From a virus (Duplodnaviria > Caudoviricetes), in IMG/VR virus record IMGVR_UViG_3300030098_003632, positions 1 through 61,529 of that record: a DNA stretch of 61,529 nucleotides; one strand, 5' to 3'. Under the pieces are notes generated by a model. The model saw only the letters and a program-made list of their open reading frames with translations. It was not told the DNA's origin and ran no database searches. This document shows, one piece after another, positions 1-10,203 of this stretch. Within the stretch, counting starts at the first letter, position 1, and the number at the start of each line of letters is the position of its first letter. The translations under genes were made by a program, and so were the position numbers.

Positions 1-796
1 TCAATGTCAATTTTACCAGGAACAGGCTTTGGGAGTGGCCGAGGTTGGTGGAATCCACCAATAAATGGACGAAGAAACCCCGGAACAATTATTCCTACTA
101 CTGGTTCGGAAACGCCAACGACAACTCAGCCGACGGAAGAAATACCAACGGCAGAGACTCCCGAGCCAGCTGAGCCAGCTGAGGTTGTTCCACCTCCTGT
201 ATTTTCCGTGTCAACAACCTGGAAGCCTGAGCATAGAAATTATTTTCCAGAAGGCGAGTCCCAGATGCAGAAGAACTGGGCTGTTGCCGAAGCCGCAAGC
301 AACGCAGGTAACCCTGCGATGAACGTGGCTAACATGAACCGTGCTGGTATGAGCTTGGCAAGTCCTAGATATGCCTACGAAAGAGACGCTCAATCAGCTG
401 CTAGAGATTATGGCATGGCTGATGCTATGGTTCAGACAGACTATGCAAACCAACAAGCGGAAAGAGCATACGAGCTTCAAGCAAGGCTAGCTCAAGCTGA
501 AGAGTTTAGTAGAATAGACGACTGGATGCGAGGAAGATACCAGCAGCAAAACCTATACGACTTGGGAATGAAGGGGGTTTATGCAAACTACCTTAACGAT
601 CAAGTCACTAACTACCTTGCTCGTCAGGGAATGCTTCAGAATCTTTTAGGTAGCTTGATGGGCATGGGGACTAATATGATGGGTAGTATGATGCCGAGTA
701 TGGGCGGTATGGGTATGCCTTCATTCCCTGATTTTGGCGGCATGTTTGGTGGCGGTGGCGGATTAGGCGGCGGCCTAGGCGGCGGACTTGGCGGTG
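1..796. repeat. Terminal redundancy, copy A (direct repeat of 60725-61529, about 95% identical)
   Basis: Manual alignment: position 1 matches 60725 and 796 matches 61529; about 40 substitutions plus one 9-nt indel. Confidence 0.97.
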
Positions 797-897
797 GGTG
801 GATGGCACAGAGCAACCAAGGAACTAGGGCTTTAGGTGGAAATCCAGGAACTGGTGTGTTTTCTCAAGTAGACCCTAACAGGTTTTATGATTGGTAA
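4..897 (+). CDS. Putative virion/ejection protein, low complexity (T/P/E N-terminus, Met/Gly-rich C-terminus)
   Basis: 297-aa ORF in the late arm. The second copy at 60728 differs mostly at synonymous sites, which supports coding. Confidence 0.7.
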   Translation: MSILPGTGFGSGRGWWNPPINGRRNPGTIIPTTGSETPTTTQPTEEIPTAETPEPAEPAEVVPPPVFSVSTTWKPEHRNYFPEGESQMQKNWAVAEAASNAGNPAMNVANMNRAGMSLASPRYAYERDAQSAARDYGMADAMVQTDYANQQAERAYELQARLAQAEEFSRIDDWMRGRYQQQNLYDLGMKGVYANYLNDQVTNYLARQGMLQNLLGSLMGMGTNMMGSMMPSMGGMGMPSFPDFGGMFGGGGGLGGGLGGGLGGGWMAQSNQGTRALGGNPGTGVFSQVDPNRFYDW

Positions 898-901
898 TTA
901 G

Positions 902-3900
902 ATGAGTGACGATTTAACAGCAAGAAGGCTACAGGCTGAGGCAAAGTTAGACTCAGCTAGAATGAAGGCTCTGTATGTAGGTCAGATAATGATCTACGAA
1001 GAAATGCTGCGCATGAACACGGCTTTTGCGCTGAGTGAATCTACTGCAGAAGGATTGAAGCCTAATAGCCCTGAGAATGCTAAGCGACTGCTGAATTTAA
1101 TTAGTCCAGAATTCCCTCCAGAAAGAAATGTTGGAGGCGCTAAGGTAAGAATAGGCAAAACTGATGACTTACCTATCTACGACACAAGAAACGTAGATGC
1201 AAAGGTCGATGGCAGGCTCACTAGGCTAAGGTCTAAGGCGGGTGTGCCTGGCGATCAGAGCGCATATTATCTAGCCACAGAAGATAGCCTCAAACGGTAT
1301 GTAGAATCTCTTGAGGAAACTCTTTCTCAAGTAGATGTTTCAGGGGCACAACAAACAACCCGCAAGGGTCGCCGCGTCACAAATCGCTATGCCACGCCTG
1401 CTAATCTACCGGCTGAAGTAATCTATCAGGCAATCCTTGACCCGCGTGTTGGCTTGGATATGGTCAGGGAAGGGAAGAACCTTGCAGCACAAGCCACTCG
1501 TGTTAGAAAGCAAGGCAATCTTGCCCAAGCGAATGAACTGGAATCTTCATCACAGTCACTGATAGACCTTGGAACTCAGATACTCGACTTGCGTGGCTAT
1601 GCAAGCCTAGCAGAAGGTGCGCCAGCACAGATAGGGACTGAAGAGTTTGAAGGCCTAGGGGTTGGAACAGAAAGAGATATTGAACTTGGTCTGTTTGTAG
1701 AGAAAGACATTGAAAAGGACATAGATGGCAATTATTACAAAGCAGGAGAAACGAGCAATCCTCAGGGAGCTGGCCGAGCAAGGCGAGTAATAAAGCCTAA
1801 CAATTACGAGTTCCAAGGATTCTTTAATGGGATAAATTCCCTAACAGACTACGAAACATTTAATTTTGACACGGCAGAATCCCAAGGGGCTCTAGAAGGG
1901 GTCGATCCTTTAGCAGCAGGGGATGCACAGTTTGCCCTGAATACTGCTGTGAATAATTATTTTGGTACTGACATTGCGACTGCAGTCGAGATGGCAAACC
2001 AGATGAGATATTGGGAGCTTAAGGAAGAAGGCAGAATCTCTAAAGATATGACCTTCCAGCAATGGATTAATCTTCCTAATGACGTTCCTTTTGATATTCA
2101 GCCATTCAGCACAAGTATGCAGGGTGTGAAGCAGATGTTGCTGAATGACGAAAGTTTCGTTCAGGAATATGATACGTTTGAAAACTTCTTAGAGCAGCAG
2201 GGCGTTACTGCAGATTTTGAAGCCCAAAAAGATATTACACCAGAGACTATTGAGCGAATTGCAATCGAGCGAATTCGACAGTCTTTAAGTCGTGGTAATA
2301 TCCAGCGAATGATTCAAAACGCCTCAGTCAGCATGAAAAATCCAACTGGGGAGTACGCCACTCTAAAGGCAGTCAAGAGGGCAGGGCCAGTAGACCCAAT
2401 GGGGAATCAGACGGAAGTTGAGATAGGCACCTTCCGGGATGTAATCAACGCAGCAAGGAGAAAGTATTTTGTTGACGAGGGAAGTCAGCTCGATGTCACA
2501 GATTCTGAAGTTACTGATGCAGCAAACCGCCTTAAAGAACTCGGCGTATTTGATGTAGGGCTTGGGGAGTCAACGGTTACACGCAGGCAGGTTAGCCCAC
2601 TTAGCAAGGACGGGACAGAGCTTCTTAAGACTATATATCGCCAAAAAAGAATAAATAAAATTGAGACCAGGGATGATGTCAGCAAGTTACTTACTGCTGT
2701 AGAAGCCGAGCTCTCAGGGCCACAACGTAAAGCCTTAAAGGCAGAATTAAAAAACTTCTCCCAGGAAGTGATAAATGCTCTCAGGGTAATTGTTTCTGCC
2801 TATCGAACAGACAAATCGTCTAAAGGCCTGAAAGCCTCCAGTCTTTCAGGGAAGGAAAAGACCGCCTTAAGTAGGATTGCTGGACAGTATAAGCATGAGA
2901 ATCAGGTTAGCATCCGCAGTACCACGGCTTCTGAGCAAGTCACAAAGAACCTAAAGAGAATTGAAAAGGGAGTCGCCAAGGAAGAAAGCAAGGCAAGGTA
3001 TAAGCCAACTCGACCCCAACTTCCACCCACTACTACTGCAGAGGCGCAGACTTTATTCGATTCCTTAAGGCGATTACAAAGCCAAGAGCAAGAAATCATT
3101 AACAGGCTAAACGCTCTTGAAGATACCCCTGAAACAAAGAAAGAAAGAAAGGCTTTAGTTGACCAAAAGAGACTGCTATCAAAGCAGATAAAGTCTCGGG
3201 CAGGAGAAATCAAAAAAACGGCAACAGGGATAGCTCAGAGGACTGGTGCCGGAGTCCTCCCCACCCCTAAAGCAGCTACCGGAGTAGAGCCTACTAGAGA
3301 CCCAACAAAATTGCGCACTCCAGGGCAGTCAGTCGCAAGGCAGAGAGACCAGACTGGAGAAAGAGCTGAAGTCATTGACGGAAGACTTGCTATCGTGCAA
3401 GATGTTGAGGCTGCGCAGGCAAGAGGACAGGAACCTATAATAGCAGAAGGGCATGACCTTCAAATGCTTGAGGTAACGGCTGCCGAAAAAGCCCGGAAAA
3501 CACAAGAGTGGAGAAAGGAAATTGGCAAGCGCACCACTCAGGAACAGTCCATTAGAAATATTCTTGATACGACTGACCTTGACAGTTGGGACGTTGCTTT
3601 AGAAGAACGTGAAGCACAAGAAGCACTTAAAGAAGTTGAAAGAGGACAAGTTGGCAGCAGGACTCCTAGCTGGGATCCAGAAATAGCTCCCAATGAACCT
3701 CTACGGATTGTAGATGGCAAAGTGGTTCCTTTCGACCGCATAGTAGAAATAAGGGGAAGCAGAACTTCTCCTTACGAAGGCTTGTCTGTGATTATTAGTT
3801 CTGAAGCAGGCTTTGGAATTAACCAAGCGAAGATGGCTGGCTTTACTGAGCCAGGAGTAGACACTGGAGGTTTCAGTGGCGGCGATCAGTTAGCAGGATT

Positions 3901-6900
3901 CTACGGTGCAAGTCAAATTACAACAGAGACTAGGAATGAATTCCTAGAGGCAAATCCTTCACGCAGAAATGCCTCTGATAGAGACATAGCACAATGGTCA
4001 AACGCTGGAATTGCAGAAGCCACTCTTTCTTTAGGCGGGGGTAATCCAACTGCAATCGCAAACGCCAGTAATCATGTACCTAACAATAGTCCTGAGCAGG
4101 CAGCTCAGTATATTATCGACCACAATATTAAAGTCCTTAATATTGATGAAGCAAGAGACATATCTGAAGGCATTAGCAATAAAGGGGAGCAAGCCGAGCT
4201 ATTCCTCAGTGAAATGTTTGGCATACTTGAGCAACGAGGCGCATTAAATCCTCTCACTAGACAGGGCGGGGACGCATGGACAGATGCAACTAAACAGAGA
4301 ACGATCGGTCGTCCTGTTCACAGGCTCGGCACAGTCGAAGTCAACATAGATGGCGTAGAGCAAAATGAATTTAAGGCGTTAAGTCCAAATGCCAAGTCAA
4401 GCATCGAAGTTGCTGTAGTATTTAGGCCTGCTGGAAAAGAACTTAAGCAAAAGAGTGTTCGGTTTACGAGCATGGCTAAAGCATTGACTTGGCTGACAGA
4501 GCAAGAGGCAACCACCAATGCTGACGGATTTGAAATTGATAACGAGCAGGCATTCGACCGCCTTGTTGATGGGTCTATTGCAGGTACCACTAACCCAGTC
4601 CCTGAAAACTTCAGTCAGGATGTATTAAATAATCTTATTAGAATCCAGGTCAGCAATGACACTGATTACCAAGGCGCCCTAAATGCAGCTGGCGACAGAC
4701 TAATTGTCTTTACTCACGACAAACGAGAACCTTCTTTCGGTGAAGTTGGATTTGCAAGCCCAAATAAATTCGCAACGGCGTTGGATCAGGCCGTTGAAGA
4801 AGGTAGGACATATGGCCAAGAGTTGGAAATACTAGAAGCACCGTCATCTGCGGGAACTGTATTTGAGACACAGCTAGAGGTTCCAGAGATTCCAATCCCG
4901 GCTGTGCAAGGGCCAGAGCAGAGGAAAAACCTCGACTCCATACGAAGAGGTAACATCGCAGCGCGTTTCTCCATAGACAGAAAAACAGTACCGAATTTAG
5001 TTCCCGGTATGGTGTTTAGGTTTGAAGGGACAGGAAGAGACTCAATCCTTGTCGTTGAAAATGTTAGTGCTGAGACAGGCAGCGTCGTAATAAGACCAGC
5101 TACTTCCGAAGAAAAAGTAAACATACAACGTGCACGAAGAACACTAAAGCCAATATCAGAACAGAATCTACACAGTGGCCCAGAACAAAGAGCTCTAAAG
5201 CGTGCTGCTGAACTTGAAGCAGATCCTAATGTTGAAGTCATCAGCCAAACTAAAGTCTCCCAAGAACAGAAAACCTTGTGGCAGCTGGTTAAAGAGAATG
5301 CAAAGAAAGGTAATGTTGGAGAGGCTTTCAGAAGAATTAAGTCAGCCTTAAGTTCTACTAAGTACACGCCAGAGCAGCAGGCAGCCTTCAGAAAATATAA
5401 TATCGACCAGCTTACAATCCCAGAACTCCAGACAGCACTGGCAGCTTATAGGGATAACGTGGAGATGACTCCAGAAAACAGAGAAGTCGTCGATTCTATT
5501 ATCAACCAGCCCACTATAACGCAAAGAGCCTCGACTAATGCAAAGGCTCTGCTTGCAAGTCTAGATGATTTCACCGAAGGAAGCACAAAAGAAAAAATTA
5601 TTGATGCCCTGGAGACATTCCGCAAAGCTAGTGCGGAAGGCTCTCAAAAATTCTTAGGGCTCTTTGGTCGTGCCCAGAATATTGACGATGAAGTATCTAG
5701 CCTTAGTGAAAGTCAGTGGAATGTTGTTGCCAAGTATGCACAAAATGCCGACCTTAATGCAAAGCAACGCCAAGGATTAAGGCAAGTCGCTGACTGGCTA
5801 GGTGGAAGAACTAGTAAGCCAAAGCCGCAAGTGCTAAGAAGCGTTCTTGATATTCCATATAACGATATTCCAGGCAACAGAAAGACAGCCTTCCTTAACG
5901 ACATGGAGAACGCCGTCCATGTTACTCCGCAGAAGGTAATAGCCATTCCTATTAGGCCAGGAATTGGTTCAACCACATACAAAGTCAAAGGAGTTGGACA
6001 ACCTCCTCGTACTGTTGACATTCCTAAGGGCAGGTCTGCTCAAGCACAGACTTATTTACAGTCCCTGTTTCCTGACGATGATATTTATTTCACGCAGCCT
6101 GTCGGTAGTGAGCGAGAAGCTAACGATCAGATGCAGACTATCACTCAGATGCAAGCTCAGGCAGTTGCACCTGCAGGTACAGACCCAGTGTCTCCGGGTA
6201 GCGCAGAGCCAGTAGCTCCTCAACCAACTAGCCCAATAGCTAAGAGTCAAACACGGTCAGTAGCACCTGCGCCTACACAGACTGTAGGACAGCCAGCGGC
6301 TACTCCCCAAGCTACAGTTATTAAGTCTGCTCAAGGCGAAATTCCAGTAGGTGGAACTCCAACAGAAAATGTTATCCGAAACCTAATGGGCGGACAAGAA
6401 ATTGAACCAGGTAGTCCTATACAAACTATCCGAGATCAACTGAATACTGTTAACAGAGATGGAGAATATAGTCCTGAACAGGTGGAAGAAGCGTTTCAGG
6501 CTGCTCGATACGCACAAAACACCGGACAGGAACACGATGCGGTTGTAGATGCCTTCTGGCAAACCATCGACGAAAGTGCTCCTGATGTAGAGCTAGTGGA
6601 AACAGAGACAGGAGCATCTGTGCCACGGAATACTGGAAGAGGGCCCTTTGGCCAGGGCAGGGATTATGTCAAACCACTCCGCCGCCCTGAAGACATGACT
6701 GGTCAAACTGAGCCTGATCCACAAGATACTACACAAACAACCACCGATACCACTGCCGCTAAAACCTACCCAATTCCAGGGTCAGGATCAGCGACAGGGG
6801 CAGAGATGTTTGTTGACGATGAATTCCAGCCAAACACAAATGTATATGAAGATGATAAAGTCTTCTTCCCAACAGGTGGCATACCGCAGGCATCCGCTGG

Positions 6901-8950
6901 TGGATATCCAGCAACTGGCATGGACGAGGAAGGAACTGTTGACCAGCAAGCAGAGAAAGCAAAAGAGCTGGAAAAAGCTGGTGGCAAACGCGGCATAATA
7001 AGAACTGCCGCTGGCATTTATAAGCAGGCAGTTCCCGGAGTTGGTCTTGGTGATGCGGGCGCTCTTTATACTGGCGGTTATATCGAACGATGGAATAAGC
7101 TATTTCCTGATTGGGCTGAGGGCAAGAGAGATATTAATTTAGCTGACATTCAGCCAGATGATGGTAGTAGACCTGAATTCTCAGATGTCGTTGGCGTTCT
7201 TCGTATGGGTAATCATATCGACGATGAGCAGGCTGGATGGCTAGTTAAAATGGAAGGCCTTATTAAGAGAGATCTAGAACTAGGAAAATTCCCTGCTGCT
7301 AAACAGCATCCATATTGGGGTCATATTCGTGCGAAGTTACACGACTGGTCAGCACCAGAAGTTGAAGATGGCCCACGAAAATTCTATCTTTGGGAAGATC
7401 TTGATCTTAACGATGCTAATGTTCGGGAAGGTGCAATAGCACAGGCTCGAACCTTAGATGTTACCGGAAGAACTTTAGGAAGAAAGTACGATCCAGCTTC
7501 CTATCTTGAAGGAAAGCATTTATGGATGGTTCCGGGCTGGACAGATTTCACTAAGCACGCTGTAAGCGGTGAGAGATTTTACGATTCACTCCAATCCTCC
7601 CTGCTGTATGCAACAAAAGGAGGAGCGATTAGGAAGGGAACACAGTTATTTAGAAAGTTAAGAGGAGTTGCAAAGGCAGCTAAAGGGCTTAAGGGCTTTG
7701 GTGGAAAAGTGGTTGGTGGCACCGGATCAGCTCTCGGTACGATTATGCAAGGTGCTCACCAGTTATCGTACTGGATGGAGGATGCTGCACTAGCATTCGA
7801 TGGAGCCGCAGGATCTCAAACATTCAGAGAGGCTGCTGGAGTTCGTCCTCTTAAGATTGAGAATAAAGCAGTTGAATTCAGGCAAAGGCCAGAAGCCTAT
7901 ATACAGGCAAAGCAGTTTATTGAAAACAACACAGACACAAACGGTAATTTTTCAAGCGAAGAACGTGCAACTCAGTTCCAAAACCTTCTTTATGATGGGG
8001 TTCCATACTCTGATGTCATGGTCTGGGATCTCCACCACACACACAGAGACGGAGAGAATGAGGGAACTCCTCTGCCTCAGCAAGACAAGTTTATCCAGAA
8101 TAGGTTCACGGGAACAAGAATACCTTTGTCTCGAATAGAGCAAATGTATATCCATAACTATGAAGATAAGTGGCTCAATTTCTCAGCTCAATTAACTGGC
8201 CTTCGTTCGATTAAAGCTCTCCAGAAAGTAGATAGAAGAGGAGAAGAAACCGGAGAACAGATATTAACAAATGCAGAACTATCTGAAGCTGAAGCTGCAC
8301 TAAGATCCCTGCCTTCATTTACCCAAGATGAGTTAGAAGGCTGGAGTATAGGCACACCTAGAAGAACTGCTTGGACAAGTCCTCCTGTTAGCCGCCCCGT
8401 CACGCCACCAGCCGGCAGCTGGGGTTCAGCAACTGAGTTCGTTCAGAACTGGCAGGAAGAAATGGTTGGCGGTGGTATTAGAGATGCCTTTGGGAACCTG
8501 CTTGGCGACTGGGACTTCATGGGAGACTGGGGAACTGGCGCCAAAGAAGGGATTGATCGAGGCCAGCTTGGTGATGGGTTAGGCGGGGAATTAACTTCAA
8601 GATCAATTACATACTATCCACGACATAAGAACCAAAGATCCAGAGCTTCCTTGGCTCCAGCCGCAAATGTTGGAGAGCAGCTTGGGGGAGCAGTATCTAC
8701 CGTAGTCAATCCTATAGCTAGGGAATTAGGTTTCTCTGGTTTTGGGTACCACTCAGCAGAAGATATGTCTCATGTGGATATTAAACAAAACATAGCGGAG
8801 CTACCTGAAAGTCCTTCGTTTCTCTATCCTGACTATTCTAGGGAAGAAGCCGAGCAAAGATCTTGGATGTACAGGAATTCAGGTGGTTTAATACAATCAA
8901 ACTATATGCTTCCAAGTCAGTTAGCACCTCCTCCAGAATGGGGACAATAA
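902..8950 (+). CDS. Giant internal virion/ejection protein, polyvalent-like, with degenerate SLOG(cpYpsA)-, NADAR- and ASCH-like segments
   Basis: 2682-aa ORF downstream of the tail genes, where podoviruses keep ejection proteins; motif remnants at about 3775-5110. Confidence 0.6.
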   Translation: MSDDLTARRLQAEAKLDSARMKALYVGQIMIYEEMLRMNTAFALSESTAEGLKPNSPENAKRLLNLISPEFPPERNVGGAKVRIGKTDDLPIYDTRNVDAKVDGRLTRLRSKAGVPGDQSAYYLATEDSLKRYVESLEETLSQVDVSGAQQTTRKGRRVTNRYATPANLPAEVIYQAILDPRVGLDMVREGKNLAAQATRVRKQGNLAQANELESSSQSLIDLGTQILDLRGYASLAEGAPAQIGTEEFEGLGVGTERDIELGLFVEKDIEKDIDGNYYKAGETSNPQGAGRARRVIKPNNYEFQGFFNGINSLTDYETFNFDTAESQGALEGVDPLAAGDAQFALNTAVNNYFGTDIATAVEMANQMRYWELKEEGRISKDMTFQQWINLPNDVPFDIQPFSTSMQGVKQMLLNDESFVQEYDTFENFLEQQGVTADFEAQKDITPETIERIAIERIRQSLSRGNIQRMIQNASVSMKNPTGEYATLKAVKRAGPVDPMGNQTEVEIGTFRDVINAARRKYFVDEGSQLDVTDSEVTDAANRLKELGVFDVGLGESTVTRRQVSPLSKDGTELLKTIYRQKRINKIETRDDVSKLLTAVEAELSGPQRKALKAELKNFSQEVINALRVIVSAYRTDKSSKGLKASSLSGKEKTALSRIAGQYKHENQVSIRSTTASEQVTKNLKRIEKGVAKEESKARYKPTRPQLPPTTTAEAQTLFDSLRRLQSQEQEIINRLNALEDTPETKKERKALVDQKRLLSKQIKSRAGEIKKTATGIAQRTGAGVLPTPKAATGVEPTRDPTKLRTPGQSVARQRDQTGERAEVIDGRLAIVQDVEAAQARGQEPIIAEGHDLQMLEVTAAEKARKTQEWRKEIGKRTTQEQSIRNILDTTDLDSWDVALEEREAQEALKEVERGQVGSRTPSWDPEIAPNEPLRIVDGKVVPFDRIVEIRGSRTSPYEGLSVIISSEAGFGINQAKMAGFTEPGVDTGGFSGGDQLAGFYGASQITTETRNEFLEANPSRRNASDRDIAQWSNAGIAEATLSLGGGNPTAIANASNHVPNNSPEQAAQYIIDHNIKVLNIDEARDISEGISNKGEQAELFLSEMFGILEQRGALNPLTRQGGDAWTDATKQRTIGRPVHRLGTVEVNIDGVEQNEFKALSPNAKSSIEVAVVFRPAGKELKQKSVRFTSMAKALTWLTEQEATTNADGFEIDNEQAFDRLVDGSIAGTTNPVPENFSQDVLNNLIRIQVSNDTDYQGALNAAGDRLIVFTHDKREPSFGEVGFASPNKFATALDQAVEEGRTYGQELEILEAPSSAGTVFETQLEVPEIPIPAVQGPEQRKNLDSIRRGNIAARFSIDRKTVPNLVPGMVFRFEGTGRDSILVVENVSAETGSVVIRPATSEEKVNIQRARRTLKPISEQNLHSGPEQRALKRAAELEADPNVEVISQTKVSQEQKTLWQLVKENAKKGNVGEAFRRIKSALSSTKYTPEQQAAFRKYNIDQLTIPELQTALAAYRDNVEMTPENREVVDSIINQPTITQRASTNAKALLASLDDFTEGSTKEKIIDALETFRKASAEGSQKFLGLFGRAQNIDDEVSSLSESQWNVVAKYAQNADLNAKQRQGLRQVADWLGGRTSKPKPQVLRSVLDIPYNDIPGNRKTAFLNDMENAVHVTPQKVIAIPIRPGIGSTTYKVKGVGQPPRTVDIPKGRSAQAQTYLQSLFPDDDIYFTQPVGSEREANDQMQTITQMQAQAVAPAGTDPVSPGSAEPVAPQPTSPIAKSQTRSVAPAPTQTVGQPAATPQATVIKSAQGEIPVGGTPTENVIRNLMGGQEIEPGSPIQTIRDQLNTVNRDGEYSPEQVEEAFQAARYAQNTGQEHDAVVDAFWQTIDESAPDVELVETETGASVPRNTGRGPFGQGRDYVKPLRRPEDMTGQTEPDPQDTTQTTTDTTAAKTYPIPGSGSATGAEMFVDDEFQPNTNVYEDDKVFFPTGGIPQASAGGYPATGMDEEGTVDQQAEKAKELEKAGGKRGIIRTAAGIYKQAVPGVGLGDAGALYTGGYIERWNKLFPDWAEGKRDINLADIQPDDGSRPEFSDVVGVLRMGNHIDDEQAGWLVKMEGLIKRDLELGKFPAAKQHPYWGHIRAKLHDWSAPEVEDGPRKFYLWEDLDLNDANVREGAIAQARTLDVTGRTLGRKYDPASYLEGKHLWMVPGWTDFTKHAVSGERFYDSLQSSLLYATKGGAIRKGTQLFRKLRGVAKAAKGLKGFGGKVVGGTGSALGTIMQGAHQLSYWMEDAALAFDGAAGSQTFREAAGVRPLKIENKAVEFRQRPEAYIQAKQFIENNTDTNGNFSSEERATQFQNLLYDGVPYSDVMVWDLHHTHRDGENEGTPLPQQDKFIQNRFTGTRIPLSRIEQMYIHNYEDKWLNFSAQLTGLRSIKALQKVDRRGEETGEQILTNAELSEAEAALRSLPSFTQDELEGWSIGTPRRTAWTSPPVSRPVTPPAGSWGSATEFVQNWQEEMVGGGIRDAFGNLLGDWDFMGDWGTGAKEGIDRGQLGDGLGGELTSRSITYYPRHKNQRSRASLAPAANVGEQLGGAVSTVVNPIARELGFSGFGYHSAEDMSHVDIKQNIAELPESPSFLYPDYSREEAEQRSWMYRNSGGLIQSNYMLPSQLAPPPEWGQ

Positions 8951-8953
8951 AAA

Positions 8954-10198
8954 ATGCCAATAGAATTTCCACAAATCCCAATGATGGGTACTCATGGCCA
9001 AATGTCACCTACTCCCGGTGAGCAGCTAGTTCAGCAGATGGAAGAGCCGGAAGAAGATAAACCGACACCTCCTCCTGAATATAAACCTGTTACCGGAGCA
9101 GGGACTATAGGGCAGGGAGTTCCTATACCGGCTAGGGGTGCTGCACGTCCAGAGACATCGGACGGCTCTCTTAAAATAAATGTCCACCCTAGGCATGTAC
9201 CTAAGCAAGTTCTGCCAGGCACAACAAATAGGGCGCCAAAGACGCAGGCTGAAGTGGCTATGGCATTGTCAATGTCCGCCAACGACGGCTCAGGAATTCC
9301 TCAAGATTTAATTTATTACGCATTCCAAAACAAAGGACTAAATCCTCAAGCTGCAGCAAACATGGTTAAGAGGATCTCTAAAAACTTCACCCCGGATCAA
9401 TGGGGGAACCTTGCCGCGCAATGGGGATACTCGGCTCAACAGCTGGGCGGCGAATCCAGAATGGATTTAGATAAGGTTAATTCCTGGGCAGATAAAATAT
9501 TAAAAAGTAAAAAAGTAATTAAACAGGGCCCATGGAAAGGCTGGACACAAGCAGATGTGTACCAGATGAATCAAACTAGAAAGCCTCCCCAAGACTGGGC
9601 TCCTGCTGCAAGAGAACAGGTGCAATCTAATTGGAGAACACAGGCATTCGTTCCTTTGCAGAATGCAATCCAAAGTGGCGACAACCCTAGAGTTCAGGCT
9701 GAGCTTAATAGGTTAAGAATTATGGGCTTTGGAAATCCTACCCAGATTCTTAACAACGAAATCTTAATTAAGAATCTAACTTCTAAAGCCGATACCAGTA
9801 AAGAAGATTTTACTATGGCTCAGAATAAGATTAAATTATTTGCCGAGAACTACGCAACGCAAAACCCAGCGGCTAAAATACTTAGTCAGTTACAGTTTGA
9901 TCCGAACTCAAAAACCGGGAATAACTATTATATTTGGGATGGGCCAAGAGATCAGCAAGGAAATGTCATCCCAGAAACAGCTAAACAAATCTACATCCCC
10001 GAACAGGAACGCTTACGATTACTTGCAGAAGGCGATAAAGCCCTTAAGCACTTCATGGAAAGCGATCCATATTTACAGAAGTTCTTTACAAGGTATCCAA
10101 ACTACAGGGAATACTTCGAGCGACCGCCCGCTTATCAAAGCAATGTATTAGATGATATAGGGCCGGGCGATGACATTGCTCCACCAGCAGGGCGGTAA
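8954..10198 (+). CDS. Hypothetical virion/ejection protein
   Basis: 414-aa ORF tightly packed between two large virion ORFs; Pro-rich N-terminus with IPMMGTHGQMSPT. Confidence 0.6.
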   Translation: MPIEFPQIPMMGTHGQMSPTPGEQLVQQMEEPEEDKPTPPPEYKPVTGAGTIGQGVPIPARGAARPETSDGSLKINVHPRHVPKQVLPGTTNRAPKTQAEVAMALSMSANDGSGIPQDLIYYAFQNKGLNPQAAANMVKRISKNFTPDQWGNLAAQWGYSAQQLGGESRMDLDKVNSWADKILKSKKVIKQGPWKGWTQADVYQMNQTRKPPQDWAPAAREQVQSNWRTQAFVPLQNAIQSGDNPRVQAELNRLRIMGFGNPTQILNNEILIKNLTSKADTSKEDFTMAQNKIKLFAENYATQNPAAKILSQLQFDPNSKTGNNYYIWDGPRDQQGNVIPETAKQIYIPEQERLRLLAEGDKALKHFMESDPYLQKFFTRYPNYREYFERPPAYQSNVLDDIGPGDDIAPPAGR

Positions 10199-10203
10199 TA
10201 CTT

